Part shown: positions 1 through 12,385 of the stretch, in pieces
How the letters are laid out: the number at the start of each line of letters is the position of its first letter
How positions within the stretch are numbered: position 1 is the first letter of the stretch
NCBI RefSeq assembly: GCF_018977255.1
Contig: NW_024704742.1
Location: forward strand, 10,976,001-11,036,000
From: Callorhinchus milii
Lineage: Eukaryota
Length of the DNA stretch: 60,000 nt
Direction of reading: 5' to 3'
Position numbers and translations under genes: made by a program
The notes under the pieces: model-generated
What the model was told of the DNA's origin: nothing
The model's database searches: none
What the model saw: only the letters and a program-made list of their open reading frames with translations

Positions 1-590
1 CATCCTTGAGTTCTCTTTCCAGATCAGATAGATTACCCGTCTCCTCCTTGGTAAAGACTGATGCAAAAAACTTATTTAGCACTTTTGCAGCCTGTGCAGC
101 ATTATTTGTCACATTGTCTCCCAAACCCACCTTCAGTGGCCTTATTCCATTGCTTGTTTTCCTTCTACTTTTAATGTAAATAAAAAATATTTTGTTATTA
201 TCCCTCACATCTCTTGCCATGTTCAATTAAAAGTTTTCTTTGCCATTCTGATGCCTTTTTGCAGGCCTGGCATCCTTCTGATATCTAGTCCAACTTATTT
301 CTGTGCTATTTTCCTTCATGGCCTTAATGCTTTGTTTTTCCTCTTTATGATTTGTTTTGTAGCCCCATCCAACCAGGCAGGAGTGCCTTTAAGCTTCTTA
401 CTTTTGCTTACCATGGGTACACATTGTTCCATTGCCTTCATAATCAGCTCCTTGAAGGAAATCCACAGGTCCTCCACTCCCATTGCCATATTTAAGCCTG
501 CCAGGCCCACTCCAACTGGACTTCTCAAGCGCACAAAGTCAGTCCCTTTAAAAATGCTGTCATCATTCCTATCCTTAAAAAACCTTCCCT
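1..590 (-). mobile_element. CR1 LINE ORF2 fragment (endonuclease-RT linker), decayed
   Basis: Minus-strand translation VEDLWISFKELIMKAMEQCVP..PAWLD..IKQIIKRKNKA is typical of the CR1 ORF2 linker. Appears to continue the piece at 2027-2610 on the other side of an L2 insertion. Confidence 0.8.
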
Positions 591-649
591 GGACCCTTCT
601 CTACTCCCTAACTACCACCCCATCTCCAACCTCCCCTTCCTCTCCAAAG

Positions 650-2025
650 TCCTGGAATGAATTGTTGCTTCTCAGCTTCGCTCCTTCCTCTCTCACCACT
701 CCCTTCTCGAGCCCCTCCAATTGGGTTTCCGTACCGCCCACAGCACAGAAACCGCCCTGGTCCAAGTGACATTCTGTCCATCTGCGACCAGGGATCCCTC
801 TGCCTCCTCGTCCTCTCTGCTGCTTTCAACACCGTCGACCACTCTATCCTCAACCACCACCTCTCCTCTCACCTCAACCTCCACGGCTCTGTCCTTGATT
901 AGTTCAGATCGTACCTCTCACACCGCCTGAATTTCATCTCCTCAAACAGCTTCTCCTCTAGCCCCCGAGCTGTCTTGTGCGGCGTTCCTCAGGGCTCTGG
1001 CCTTGGCCCCCTCCTCTTCAACATCTATATGCTCCCTCTTGGTGACATCATCCGCAGACGTGGGGTAAACTTCCACATGTATGTGGATGACACTCAACCC
1101 TACCTCTCTGCCTCCACCCTTGACTCCAGGACCACTGATGTCCTGACAGAATGTCTGTCAGACATCAAGTCCTGGATGAGAGTTAACTTTCTTCAGTTGA
1201 ACGTCAACAAGACCGAGACTCTCCTGATTGCCTCCCGTCAGTGCCTCCTCACCTCAGGCACTGATAGCATCACCATCCATGATTGCATATTCCACCTTAC
1301 TAAGCCAGTCCGGAACCTTGGGGTCTTGTTAGACCCTCAACAATCCTTTCTACCCACATCTGCACCATGACCTGTTCTGCCTTCCCCCACCTCTGCAATG
1401 TTGCCTGGCTCCGCCACTGTCTCACACCGCAGGCCGCCAAAACTCTCATTACATTGAGGCTCGACTATTTAAACTCCTTGCTTGTCAGTCTCCCCAACTC
1501 CTCCTTCCACAGGCTACAGATTACCCAGAACTCTGCAGCCCATGTCCTCTCCCGCACCAGGCTCCGTGACCCTATCACCCCCATCCTTGCCCAACTCCAC
1601 TGGCTTCCCATTACACAGAGGATACAGTTCAAGATCCTGGTCCTCACCTTCAAAGCTCTTCACTGTCTTGCTCCCCCCTACCTCTCCGACCTCATAACCC
1701 CCTACCATCCTATTTGCTCCCTCTGCTCAGCGGGCTCCAGCCTGCTTCACGTCCCCCACTATTGGTGGGCGGGCCTTCCACCACTCTGCACCCACCTTCT
1801 GGAACTCCATCCTGCAGTCCCTCTGTTTCGCCCCCTCCCTCGCCACCTTCAAAACTCACCTCAAGACCCTCTTCTTAGACCATGCTTTTGATCTCCCTGC
1901 TTCCCCCCCCTGCCCTCCCAGCTCCCCCTCAGCTCGGGTCCGTAACTCTGTCTGTCCAGCGCCTTAGGATGTCCTCCCAACATGAAAGGCGCTATACAAA
2001 TGTAATTTTGTTGTTGTTGTTGTTT
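650..2025 (+). mobile_element. L2-clade LINE, 5'-truncated (RT domain to 3' tail), frameshifted
   Basis: GFRTAHSTETALVQV, CGVPQGSGLGPLLFNIYM, FHMYVDDTQ, NFLQLNVNKTE, ITPILAQLHWLPI..RIQFKIL; ends GGCGCTATACAAATGTAATTT(TGT)n. Confidence 0.92.
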
Positions 2026-2026
2026 T

Positions 2027-2610
2027 TAGAACCTCACCAACTCTTGTGATGTCAAATGTGACTGCATTGTAATCGCAGTTGCTTAATGTTTCTCCCACCT
2101 TTATGTTGGTCATTTCTGTTGTTTATTATCAAATCCAAAATGTTATCTCCCCTTGTTGGGTCTTTTATAAACTGAGTCATAAAACAGTCTTCCTTTAACT
2201 CTAGAAGCCCCTTCTCTATCTTACCAGTAGACACATTATTATCCCAATGAATATCCGGTAAGTTAAATTCTCCAACCACTATGGTTGCTTTGTTACTACT
2301 AGCCTTCCTTTTCTCATCCCACAGTTCCAGATCAAGGCTTTCACCCTGGCTTGGGGGTCTGTAGCAGACCCCCAGTAATAGCTTACCTCTGCTACCATCT
2401 TTTAATTCTACCCAAAGTGATTCTGTGTCTTTCCTTTTTTATATCCTTTCTCAATTGTGTTTCAATAATGGAGCTTATATATAGTGCCACAAAACTTCCT
2501 CTTCTCTCCGTACGGTCCCTCCTAAACAGTTTATAACCTTCCAGATGTGTATCCCACTGATTGGATTCATTCCACCATGTCTCTGGTACGCCAATGATAG
2601 TTCCGGGATC
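2027..2610 (-). mobile_element. CR1 LINE endonuclease-domain fragment
   Basis: VGEFNLPDIHW..FMTQFIKDPTRGDNILDLII (APE endonuclease motifs). Confidence 0.82.
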
Positions 2611-2615
2611 ATCCT

Positions 2616-4933
2616 TGAAATCTCCTTTGCACCTTCTCTAGTGCCTCTATATCCTTTCTATAATATGGGGACTAGAACTGCACACAGTATTCCAAGTGTG
2701 GTCTAACCAAGGTTCCTGCTTTTCATTTCTATCCCTCTAGAAATGAACCCCAACACCTGGTTTGCTTTTTTTTATGATATTATTAACCTGAGTTGCTACA
2801 TTAAGTGATTTATGTATGTGTACCCCTAGATCCCTTTGCTCCTTTACGCCATTTAGGTTTTTATTTTCCAGGCAGTATGTGACCTCCTTATTCCTCTGAC
2901 CAAAATGTACCACCTCCCACTTATCTATATTGAAATTAATTAATTAATTTGCCAATTAAAAGCCCATTCAGCAAGTTTATTAATGTTGTGCTGTAATTTG
3001 TTGCAGTCCTCCTCAGTATTAACTATAGCCCACAATTTGGCATTGTCCACAAATTTTTAAATTGTACTTTCAAGTCCAAATCATTAATGCCAATTGTGAA
3101 CAACAGTGGTCCCAATACTGATCCTTGTTGAACACCACTTCCCACCCTCTGCCAGTCTGAGTAGTTACCTTTAACCCCTTCTCTCTGTTTTCTGTCTTGC
3201 TATCCATTCTGCTACTTTTCCCCTGACTCCACATGCTCTGACCTTATTCATTAGTCTATTATATAGTACCTTATCCAATGCCTTTTGGAAATCCAAATAT
3301 ATTACATCTACTCTACTGCATTACCCTTGTCTACTCTTTCTGTTACCTGTTCAAAGAATTCAATGAGGTTGGTCAAGCATGATCTTCCTTTTTGAAATCC
3401 GTGCTGACTATTCTTTATTATATTTTCAGTTTCTAGATGTTTTTCTATTACCTGTTTCAGTAAGGATTCCGTTATCTTTCCCACCACCGATGTTAAGCTG
3501 ACAGGTCTACAGTTCCCTGGGCTTCTTCTATCTTCCTCTTTAAATATAGGTATAACATTAGCTATCCTCCAGTCCTCTGGCATTACTCCCTTCTCTAATA
3601 AATTATTATATATGTGTAATAGTGCCTCTACTATCTTTTCCCTAGATTCTTTTAATATACGCAGATGCAAACCATCCAGACCTGGGGCTTTTATCCTCTC
3701 TGAGTTTGGTTAGGTTATCAATTATCTCTTCCCTTTTTTTTAAATGTAGTAATATAATTTTCGATCTCTTCTACTTTCATGTCCACCTGATCCATTTCCC
3801 TGGTAAATACTGAGGCAAAGTAATTATTTAATATTTCTGCCATTTCGTTGTCGCTGCCTATGAGCTTATCTTGTCCATCCTTTACTGACCATATTCCTAT
3901 TTTGATTTTTCTTTTGTTATTTATATCTGTAGAATATTTTACTATTTCTTTGTATATTCCTTGATAATTTAATTTCATAATTCCTCTTTGCCGTCGTAAT
4001 TGTTTTTTTTGACTACTTTCTTGACCTCTTCATTTTTTTTTGCCATGCTCTCCCTTGTAATTTAAGTATTTAGTGAACGCCTCCTTCCTCAGTCTCAACT
4101 TTGCCCTTGTGTCTTTATTCATTTACGATGTCTCATTATTGTTTAGCTTTATCTTGTTGTTTAGTGGAATATATTTCTCCTGGACTTTATTGATCACTTT
4201 TAAATGTTTCCCACTGCTGCTCAATCTCTTTGTTGCCAATATTGTTTTCCAGTTTATTTTCCCAAGTTCCATTCTCATCCCCTCAAAATCAGCTTTTTTC
4301 CAACCTGTTACTCCGGTCTTTGTCATACTCATGTCTTTCTCAATCATTATCTTAAAAACTTATTAAGTTATGATCGCTGTTGCCTGGATGTTCCCTTACT
4401 TTTACTTCTCTTATCTGCTCTGGTGCATTTCACATTACTAAATCCAGCAGGGATTCCTCCCTTGTTGGGCCTCTTACATACTGGGTAAGAAAGGAGTTCT
4501 GTACACATTGAAGGAATCCCATTCCCTTATTCCCTTTACCTATCTCTTCCAGCCAATTTATTTGGGGGTAGTTGAAATCCCCCATGATTATTACTCTATG
4601 TCTTTTACTTATTTCCCTAATTTGCTTGCATATTTCTTCCCCTACCTCCCTTCCACTATTAGGTTGTCTGTAGAGTACCCCTATTTGTGTGATTGATCTC
4701 TTATCTTTTATCTCTATCCACACAGATTCTGTTTCTATCCTACTGATGGCTATGACCCTGCTATAATGTTATCCCTAATAAGTTCAGTTGCTCCACCACC
4801 CTTTTTCCTGTCTCTATCCTTTCTAAATATGTTATACCCTGCAATGTTTAATTGCCAGTCCTGTTCTTTCTGTAGCCATGTATCAGCAATCCCTATTTTA
4901 TCTAGTTCTTCACTATGAATTATTGCCTCCAGT
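2616..4933 (-). mobile_element. CR1 LINE ORF2 (endonuclease through RT), ~2.3 kb, multiply disrupted
   Basis: Consecutive ORF pieces: IADTWLQ..IAGYNIFRKDRDRKKGGG; IIMGDFNYPQINW..PTREESLLDLV; AEILNNYFASVFT; PEDWRIANVIPIFK..RPVSLTSVVGK..QHGFQKGRSCLTNLIEFFE. Confidence 0.92.
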
Positions 4934-5229
4934 AGCAGGAATGCTATAGATAGTGATTCAGTATTTACTGTTAACATGAGATTTAATGCTAACAACATAA
5001 ACAATATTCCAAATTACATTTTTAGGATGTTTATACCATATTAAGTTAATTGGATGAAAGTATAAAGTGTAATCTTTGCATCATTGTACCACACATAGCT
5101 GCTATTGTTTTTGTTTTAGTGTAAGTAGCATTCAATGCAATTTGGAATATTGTTTATGCTGTTACTAGTAAGTCTAATTTTAACAGCAAATATCGAATCA
5201 GATACCGTCTACAGCATTTTTGCTACTGG
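4929..5229. mobile_element. MITE-like non-autonomous DNA transposon with ~92-96 bp terminal inverted repeats
   Basis: 4929-5020 (CCAGTAGCAGGAATGCTATAGA..CATAAACAATATTCCAAATTACATT) aligns with the reverse complement of 5134-5229 (AATGCAATTTGGAATATTGTTTATG..TCTACAGCATTTTTGCTACTGG). No transposase similarity seen. Confidence 0.8.
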
Positions 5230-6486
5230 TAGTTGTCAGGGTGGCTCAGTAGCATTCTCTCATCTTTGTGTCAGAAGCTTGTGGTTCATGTCCCATATTA
5301 GTGCTATGTTTGGTACCAGTTATGTAATCTACGCTATGTATAACATCACCTCTACACATTGGTTTGGTTGGATTATGTCTTGATGTAAGTGGAAATGGCA
5401 TTGACACTCTATGGCTAAGACTCCTTCAGTCTCCAACCAGACTGATGCCAGGGTGTCACACAAGAGATGCTAGACTACTGGGGGAATGTGATGATAATTA
5501 TCACATCACATATCACATTTTCCCCACTATTTCAGAGCTGCGCATCAGTAAAGTATTTCTCTACGTTCCTGTCCTCTCACTGGCAGTGTTACATTGAAAT
5601 CCAGCAGAAATTGTCTCCCATTTGTTTCATATCAATAAACACTATGCAGTTACGTATACTCAATTCTTTTGTACCATTTATGGAATCCTGCCCACAACTT
5701 GCATAAATGGACCAAAAGTGCTGCTACAATAATCACACCATGAAATTATTTATTGCATTTAGTCCCAACTGGTTGAATTATTAAACTGTGCATTTTGAAA
5801 CATGAAATAAGAGACTGAACACCTCAGTATAAACATTCTCAGTATGAATGTGCATATGGAGGAATTCAATTAAAGTAGCACTGATTTCCATGTGAATGAA
5901 ACATTTTCCCCTCTGGAAAGATGAGGGCACATAATTGTAAGAATTAACAGGTATATATGTCTTTATAACAATACTTTAACCAGTAATCCTGCTGTTTTTG
6001 AATTGTATTGTTCAGCGCCTTGGGATGTCTTCCTGACTTGAAAGGTGCTATACAAATATAATTTGTTGTTTGTTGTTGTTATATACACATAATCAGGGAA
6101 GGGTTGGCACTTGGTTGCGATTCAGAGCAAACTCTCCTGTTGCCACTCTCTGTGTTGAGGCTCACATGTAGGAGTAGGTATGTGAGTGAGAGGTGAAGCC
6201 AAATATATAAGGCAATAAATAAATAAATAATAATAATTTGGTCACTCAATCCACGACTGTTTGTGGGACACTACTGTGTTTCGCCCACAAAATACACAGT
6301 CACCACACTTTACAGTATATTCTGAGAAACGCTTTGAGATGCCTCAACAACATGATACTGTGCAATATATCAAATGCAAGGATTACTATTTATATATGTA
6401 TATTGAAAACTGCCACATTAGAAAAAATTTTAAGCGTTAGAAAAAAGTGAAAGACAGAGATGTGAACGATGGTTTGCAATGGCCCT

Positions 6487-6780
6487 TGGTTAGAGCACTC
6501 GCTTTGCAAGCGAGAGACCTGAGTTCAATTCCAGGCAGGGCGAAACCTTGGGCAAGTTTCCTTACTCCACACGCCTAATAATCCCTCCAAAACCAAAAAC
6601 AATAATAAATTGGTCATTTTCAATCTACGACTGTTTGTGGGACATTGCTGTGCGCAATTGGCTGCCGCGTTCGCCCACAAATATACAGTCAATTCACTTT
6701 ACAGTATATTCTGTGAAGCGCTTTGGGACGTCCTCCCGACGTGAAAAGCGCTATATCAAATGCAAGGATTATTTTATTAT
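6487..6780 (+). mobile_element. Young tRNA-derived SINE (short subfamily), slightly 5'-truncated
   Basis: tRNA-like head with box B GTTCAATTCC, Deu-type block CTGTTTGTGGGACATTGCTGTGCGCAATTGGCTGCCGCG, L2-like tail, (TTA)n; CpGs retained. Confidence 0.92.
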
Positions 6781-6959
6781 GGAGGAAGTGAGAAGTGCAG
6801 AGAGGATGCACATTGTTGAATAAGGTTATTTAGAATTTTACAAGTTCAATCTTGATGGTTAGCCCTGAGCACTGCACCCAGTCCAGCTTTGCTGCCAGAT
6901 TCAGCAGCTTCTGAATGACATGCACTGAAATGGCCTGCAAAACGACACCTTAGAGAGGA

Positions 6960-7660
6960 TGGTAAAGAGGCATTTAAGATTAGTGCCAAATACGATAGAT
7001 GCAGTTGTATAAGGCCTTGGTGAGACTGCACCTAGAATATTATGTGCAGTTTTGGGACACTGCTGTGTGCAATTTGGCTGCCGTGTTTCACCCACAAAAC
7101 ACACAGTCCCCACACTTTACAGTATATACTCCTTATTTAAGAAAGGACATACTCACCTTAGAAGGGGGCACAGCGTAGATTCACTTGGTTGATTCCTGGG
7201 ATGAGGGGGTTGACCTATGAGGATAGGTTGAGTAAACTAGGCTTATAATCTCTAGAATATCAAAGAATTAGAGGTGATCTTATAGAAACCTATAAGAATT
7301 CTTAAGGATCTTGACAGGGTAAATGCTGTGAGACTATTTCCCCTGGTTGTAGAATCTAAAACTAGGGGTCATAGTCTGAAGATTAAAGGTCAGCCTTTTC
7401 AAACTGAGTTGAGGAAACATTTCTTCACTCAGAGGGTAGTAACTTTGTGGAATTCTCTACCCCACAAGGCTGTGGATGCTCAGTCCTTGAACATATTCAA
7501 GACTGAGGTTGATAGATTTCTAAAGGATAGAGGGATTAAGGGATATGGAGATAGGGCAGGTAAATGGAATTAGGTTAGAAGATCAGCCATGATCTTATTA
7601 AATGGCGAGGCAGGCTCGAGGGGCTGAATGGCCTACTCCTGCTCCTACATTTTATGGTCT
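6960..7660 (+). mobile_element. CR1 LINE 3' end (family A) interrupted by a SINE fragment at ~7055-7127
   Basis: RLFPLVVESKTRGHSLKI..FFTQRVVTLWNSLP; 3' UTR GATCAGCCATGATCTTATT..GGCTCGAGGGGCTGAATGGCCTACTCCTGCTCCT. Confidence 0.9.
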
Positions 7661-7769
7661 TAAAACGTAATCGCACAATTCTTTCAGGAGCACTAAGGTG
7701 GCAAAGCAAAGGCATGATTTCAGGGTTGTAAAGATGCACTTTAAGACAGGTTACGGGAAACATTTACAT

Positions 7770-8115
7770 AGAGTCCTGTAGCTCAGTGGTTAGAGTACTT
7801 GCCTCGCAATTGAGAGAATGTGGGTTCGATTCGTTCAGCAAGTTTCCTTACTCGCCTCTGTTTGCCTAGCAGTAAGTAAGAAACCAGTTGTTAGCTGATT
7901 AGTGGATCACGTTTACTGGGTTAATAATTCCTTTTTAAAAAAATTGGTCACTCAATACATGTCTGTTTTGGGCACTGCTGTGTGCAATTGGCTGCCGCAT
8001 TTCACCCACAAAGTATACCGTCAATTTACTTTACAATATATATTCTGTGAAGCACTTTGAGATGTCTCAAAGACGTGATAAGGCGCTATATCAAATGCAA
8101 GGTGTTTTTATTATT
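7770..8115 (+). mobile_element. tRNA-derived SINE (medium subfamily)
   Basis: Box A TAGCTCAGTGG, box B GTTCGATTC, block CCTCTGTTTGCCTAGCAGTAAGTA, Deu block and L2-like tail. Confidence 0.88.
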
Positions 8116-8634
8116 AAATGTTGCAGTACTGTATCCTTAATGCAATCCTTATATTAACCCAGACATTATATTGCTTTAATAATATAACTGAAGGCAGCCA
8201 TAAAGAGAGTAACCAAAATTCTCTCACCCTATTTAAAATCGTTTAAAGCTAAACGCACCGTAAGTCAGTGTGTGTGCTCTCTCTGGCAGCGGACTCTTAA
8301 TGTAGAAGCAGTATAAAGGTTTTCCTACAGGGGATCAGGAAGAGGAGAATAAATTACTTTAAAAGCAGGATAAAAAGAATGAAAAATGTTCATAGCTGAG
8401 AGAATTAGCTTTTAAATTGAATAGCTGCAGAAAGCATCAAGATAATGTGATAAAAAACAATGAATGCTCCAGTGTGGTAAAAAGAACATGGTAAAATGAG
8501 GTATTTGTTAAGATAATTGTAAAATATTCAACAAGTAGGCCATGGATTTGTAAACAGGATTGTTTCTTCATTCACTAGGTTTTAGAGAATGAGGTTAAAC
8601 TATCTCAATATTGCTTAAAGAAATGACTGATGTA

Positions 8635-9180
8635 ATGGGATCTTTAACAACCACCTGAACAGGCAGATGGGATCTCCGCTTAACATTTTGTCTGTCTATT
8701 CATCTGTCAATGAGCCCCTCTCACCCCACACCACCCAGCACTGCATGGGAGTGTCATCTTAATAATAATAATAATAATAATCCTTGCATTTGATATAGCG
8801 CTTTTCACGTCGGGAGGACGTCCCAAAGCGCTTCACAGAACACACTGTAAAGTGAATTGACTGTATATTTGTGGGCGAACGCGGCAGCCAATTGCGCACA
8901 GCAATGTCCCACAAACAGTCGTAGATTGAAAATGACCAATTTAATTATTGTTTTTAGTTTTGGAGGATTATTATTAGGCGTGTGGAGTAAGGAAACTTGC
9001 CCAAGGTTTCGCCCTCTGCCTGGAATTGAACTCAGGTCTCTCACTTGCAAAGCGAGTGCTCTAACCACTGAGCTACAGGACTCCATCTTAAACTATGTGA
9101 GTTCAAAACCTAACGTGAGGCTTGAACCCACAACCTTCTTGACTCAGAGTCAAGAGTCTTACCACTTGTGTCAGGCTGAT
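8635..9180 (-). mobile_element. Old full-body DeuSINE split by a young SINE
   Basis: GGGATCTTTAAC..CACCTGAACAGGCAGATGGG (Deu domain, antisense) at 8635-8760; head GGCTTGAACCCACAACCTTCTTGACTCAGAG resumes at 9092-9180. Confidence 0.75.
8762..9085 (-). mobile_element. Young tRNA-derived SINE, full length, with target-site duplication
   Basis: Near-identical to 6487-6780 and 22508-22836; flanked by CATCTTAA at 8755-8762 and 9084-9091. Confidence 0.93.
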
Positions 9181-9184
9181 GCAT

Positions 9185-9385
9185 GATACAGGATATACTA
9201 TAATGTGTAGTGACTGTGTGTTTTTAGGTGAATGCAGCAGTCAATTTGTGCGTAGCAATGTCCCACAAATAGTCATGAAGTGAGTTTCCAATTTTTTTGG
9301 GGGGGGAATGTTGGCTAAGACACTGGGAGAAACTTCATTCACTTTTCAAATAGTGCCACAGGATCTTTAACATCAACCTGAATAG
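9185..9385 (-). mobile_element. DeuSINE fragment
   Basis: GCAGCAGTCAATTTGTGCGTAGCAATGTCCCACAAA..GGATCTTTAACATC. Confidence 0.7.
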
Positions 9386-10134
9386 AGGGACCCGTTCCTG
9401 CAAAGTGCTGTATCACGGAATTTCTACATATTGGTTTAGATACACTCGAGCGTGGTAATGATTTCTGCATGTATTAGACACCTGGCTGACTAAATAAAAG
9501 TGCAGCAGAAACCAGCTCCTATGACTGGTCTCAATAGAGGGGGTCTGGCCCAACTCGGTTTAGATTTATCGCCAAAAGCAAAGGGCAGTAGATTGTCAGC
9601 ATTAAATCATTTCCAGGTTAGGGAAAGCAAGATAATTGCTTCAAGACAATATAATTGGTATGAAATAACATGAACATGTGTCGTAAGATCAAGAGTGAGT
9701 GGCCCATTGAGTTACAACATTGTTTTTTTATTCCTGGACCTGGATTTTTGTATCTTGAGCAGACTAATTGGATGCAAGTCTCCTTTCTCTTCCTGCTTTT
9801 CAAGAATGAAATGAATCTCGAATTCCAACTGGGTGCAGGACCACAACGCAAATCTGTTCATATTTCAACATTAATTGGCACTCAACTGGCAATTGCAGTC
9901 AGAGAGGCCAGGAGGCTTCCCGGTGTGAGAAATGGAAGTGTCAAGCTTGTGCCGTAGGGAGTGCTCTTCCAAGGTTCCAGTTAAGCAAGGCTTTTCGGGC
10001 AGAATTCAGGTCGCTTTTCTCTGCATCTGTCTTTGTTAGACCTGATCTGACAGTTATGACAAGCATTGCCACCACAGAGCATTCATCACACCAGGATCCT
10101 TATCTTCGTGTGAGGAAGACTGTATTTCTAACAT

Positions 10135-10392
10135 GATAAGAATCCTTATATTTGATATAGCACCTCATCACGTCATTGAGACACCTCAAAGTGTTTCACA
10201 GGATATACTGATGCTGTAAAGTGGAGTGACTGTATATTTTGTGGGTGAAACACAGGAGTCAGTTTGCATTCATCTATGTCCGACAAATAGCCATGGAGTG
10301 AGTGACCAATTTTATTTGGGGGATTTGTTGGCCAGGACCGGGAGAGAGAAACTCCTTTCTCTTTTCGATCAGTGTTACAGGATCTTTAACTA
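10135..10392 (-). mobile_element. DeuSINE 3' half
   Basis: ATCCTTATATTTGATATAGCACC tail and Deu block running to GGATCTTTAAC. Confidence 0.72.
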
Positions 10393-11659
10393 GAGGAGAG
10401 GGAGGGAGTGGAGATAGCCATCACTGTGATTTCACACACAAGTAGCAGAATATTACCCCTTGCACTGGTAAATAATTCACTCGTTATATGGTTGGCATAC
10501 ACATGAAAGCAAAAAGTTTGTCAAACAAATTTCAACTGAAGATTTCTGTAAATGATGTACTTTACATGAATGTTTTTGTACTAGGACTAAAAAGAGTGCA
10601 CAACAACAACAACAACTTGGATTTATATAGCGCCCTCCACGCCGGACGGCATCTCAGAACTCTTTGGCAGAGTTGGGAAGGTTGCATTTGTTTCTACACG
10701 TACAAAATATTATTTCTCCAAACCTGACACAAGACGCCTTTTTTAAATGATGAAAATGCCTTTTTTCAAAAAAGCAAGTTGAGCAGACCTTTCACAGTCA
10801 ATGTATTCTGATACATTGGGAAACCTGGCAGCAATTTTAAAAGTAATGAAAAATTGTACACATGGCATACTTTGGGGGAAAAAAGGGAATAAATGAAAAT
10901 AATGAATATTTATCCAATCAACCAATAAAAGGACATCTCACTCCTCAATATTATATTTAGACTGGAATGAGGGCATTCTGGATTTCAATTGTGTAATGTT
11001 ACCTTTGCATCGATGTAACATCTGACTCAACTGGTGTTCAATGAATAAAAGGTAGATGAATCAATTGCAGGCAAACATAGTTCAAGCACACAGTGTGGAG
11101 AGTTTCATCAGAGTACATATCAACACAACCTTAAGATGCATGAGGTTGATGGGAGGCATTTTGCACCTGGCTTAAGTGCTGGTGCTCTGATACTCTACCT
11201 CGTGCAAAGGGTGCTTTATAAATGCAAGTTGTTGTTGAATTTGTTGATGGGAACATGGGACACTGCTGTTTTATTGTATAAACTTATTTCATTTGTGCGG
11301 GAAAACCGTCCATACAGTGTGAAGTATCGCTCTCATAAGCAGAGTACACTGGTCTAATAGGACATGCAATGTTTATTACATAAATGATATCTAAAATACA
11401 TACTGTCAAGGATGCTACGTTTAGCTGGAAGAGGAATTTCAACCCCGTGTTTCTATCCAATGTAATTTAGAGTAATGCTCCATGTGTATTTTGTATATTT
11501 CAAAAATATGCATTATTAATAAGATTTCCCATTGTAAGCATTCATTCGCAAAGTGCTCTAAGCTTACCGGCAGCACCATTGCGAGTCTATAACATTGGTA
11601 TCTACATCCTCTCTGTGGATAGAAGTTCAAACACAAGTAATGTATTCTGCAATGGGGTT

Positions 11660-12385
11660 TCAGATTAGAGAGAGGTGGAGGGCAAGGGGGGTGGAGGAGG
11701 GAAGATGACTGAAGGCACGGTCGAAAAGGAGGATCTTGAGATGGGCCTTCAAGGAGACAAGGGAGGTGGTGAGGCAAAGGGGCTCTGGGATGGAGTTCCA
11801 GAGGGTGGGGGCAGAAAGGCTGAAGGCCTGATTGCCAATAGTGGAGCAGGCGACAATAACCTCTTGCACTTATATAGCACCTTAATAATAATAATAATAA
11901 TCCTTGCATTTGATATAGCGCTTTTCACATCGGGAGGACGTCCCAAAGCGCTTCACAGAACACCCTATAAAGTAAATTGACTGTATATGTGTGGGCGTTC
12001 CATACAGGGTAGAGTTTCAGAGTGCTTAACAATAGTGGACCCTGACTCCAAGCTGGGTGGGTGGGGGGGGAAGGGCAGGAGGTGGCCATAAGCACGGTCA
12101 AACAGAAAGGTTTTCAGGCAAGACTTGAAAAAGGGGAGAGAGGGGAGAAGGCGGAGGGATTGAGGGAGAGTGTTCTGGAGTTTTGGGGCATAGTGGCTAA
12201 AAGCGTGGTGGTTGAAGGCAGGGTGGGGCTCATGGAGCAGTCAGTGCCTGCAGAGCAGAGGGAGCAGACAGGTTAGTGAAGTTTTAATAGGTCGCAGAGG
12301 TAAGGTGGAGCAAGACCGTGGAGAGCTTTAAAGGTGAGGACAAGGATCTTGAACTTGATCCTCTGGGGGATGAGGAGCCAGTGAA
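11660..12385 (-). mobile_element. Two L2 3' fragments with a young SINE 3' fragment (11884-11998) inserted into the second tail
   Basis: AFSLSAPTLWNSIP..LKAHLKILLF; antisense AAGGTGAGGACAAGGATCTTGAACTTGATCCTCTGG (IKFKILVLTF); the SINE piece matches 8762-8880. Confidence 0.8.

Noticed and set aside
251..769. 172 aa ORF and similar 60-170 aa ORFs across the window
   Set aside because: They are antisense or off-frame readings of CR1, L2 and SINE sequence; poly-Ile and poly-Tyr runs come from (TTA)n tails.
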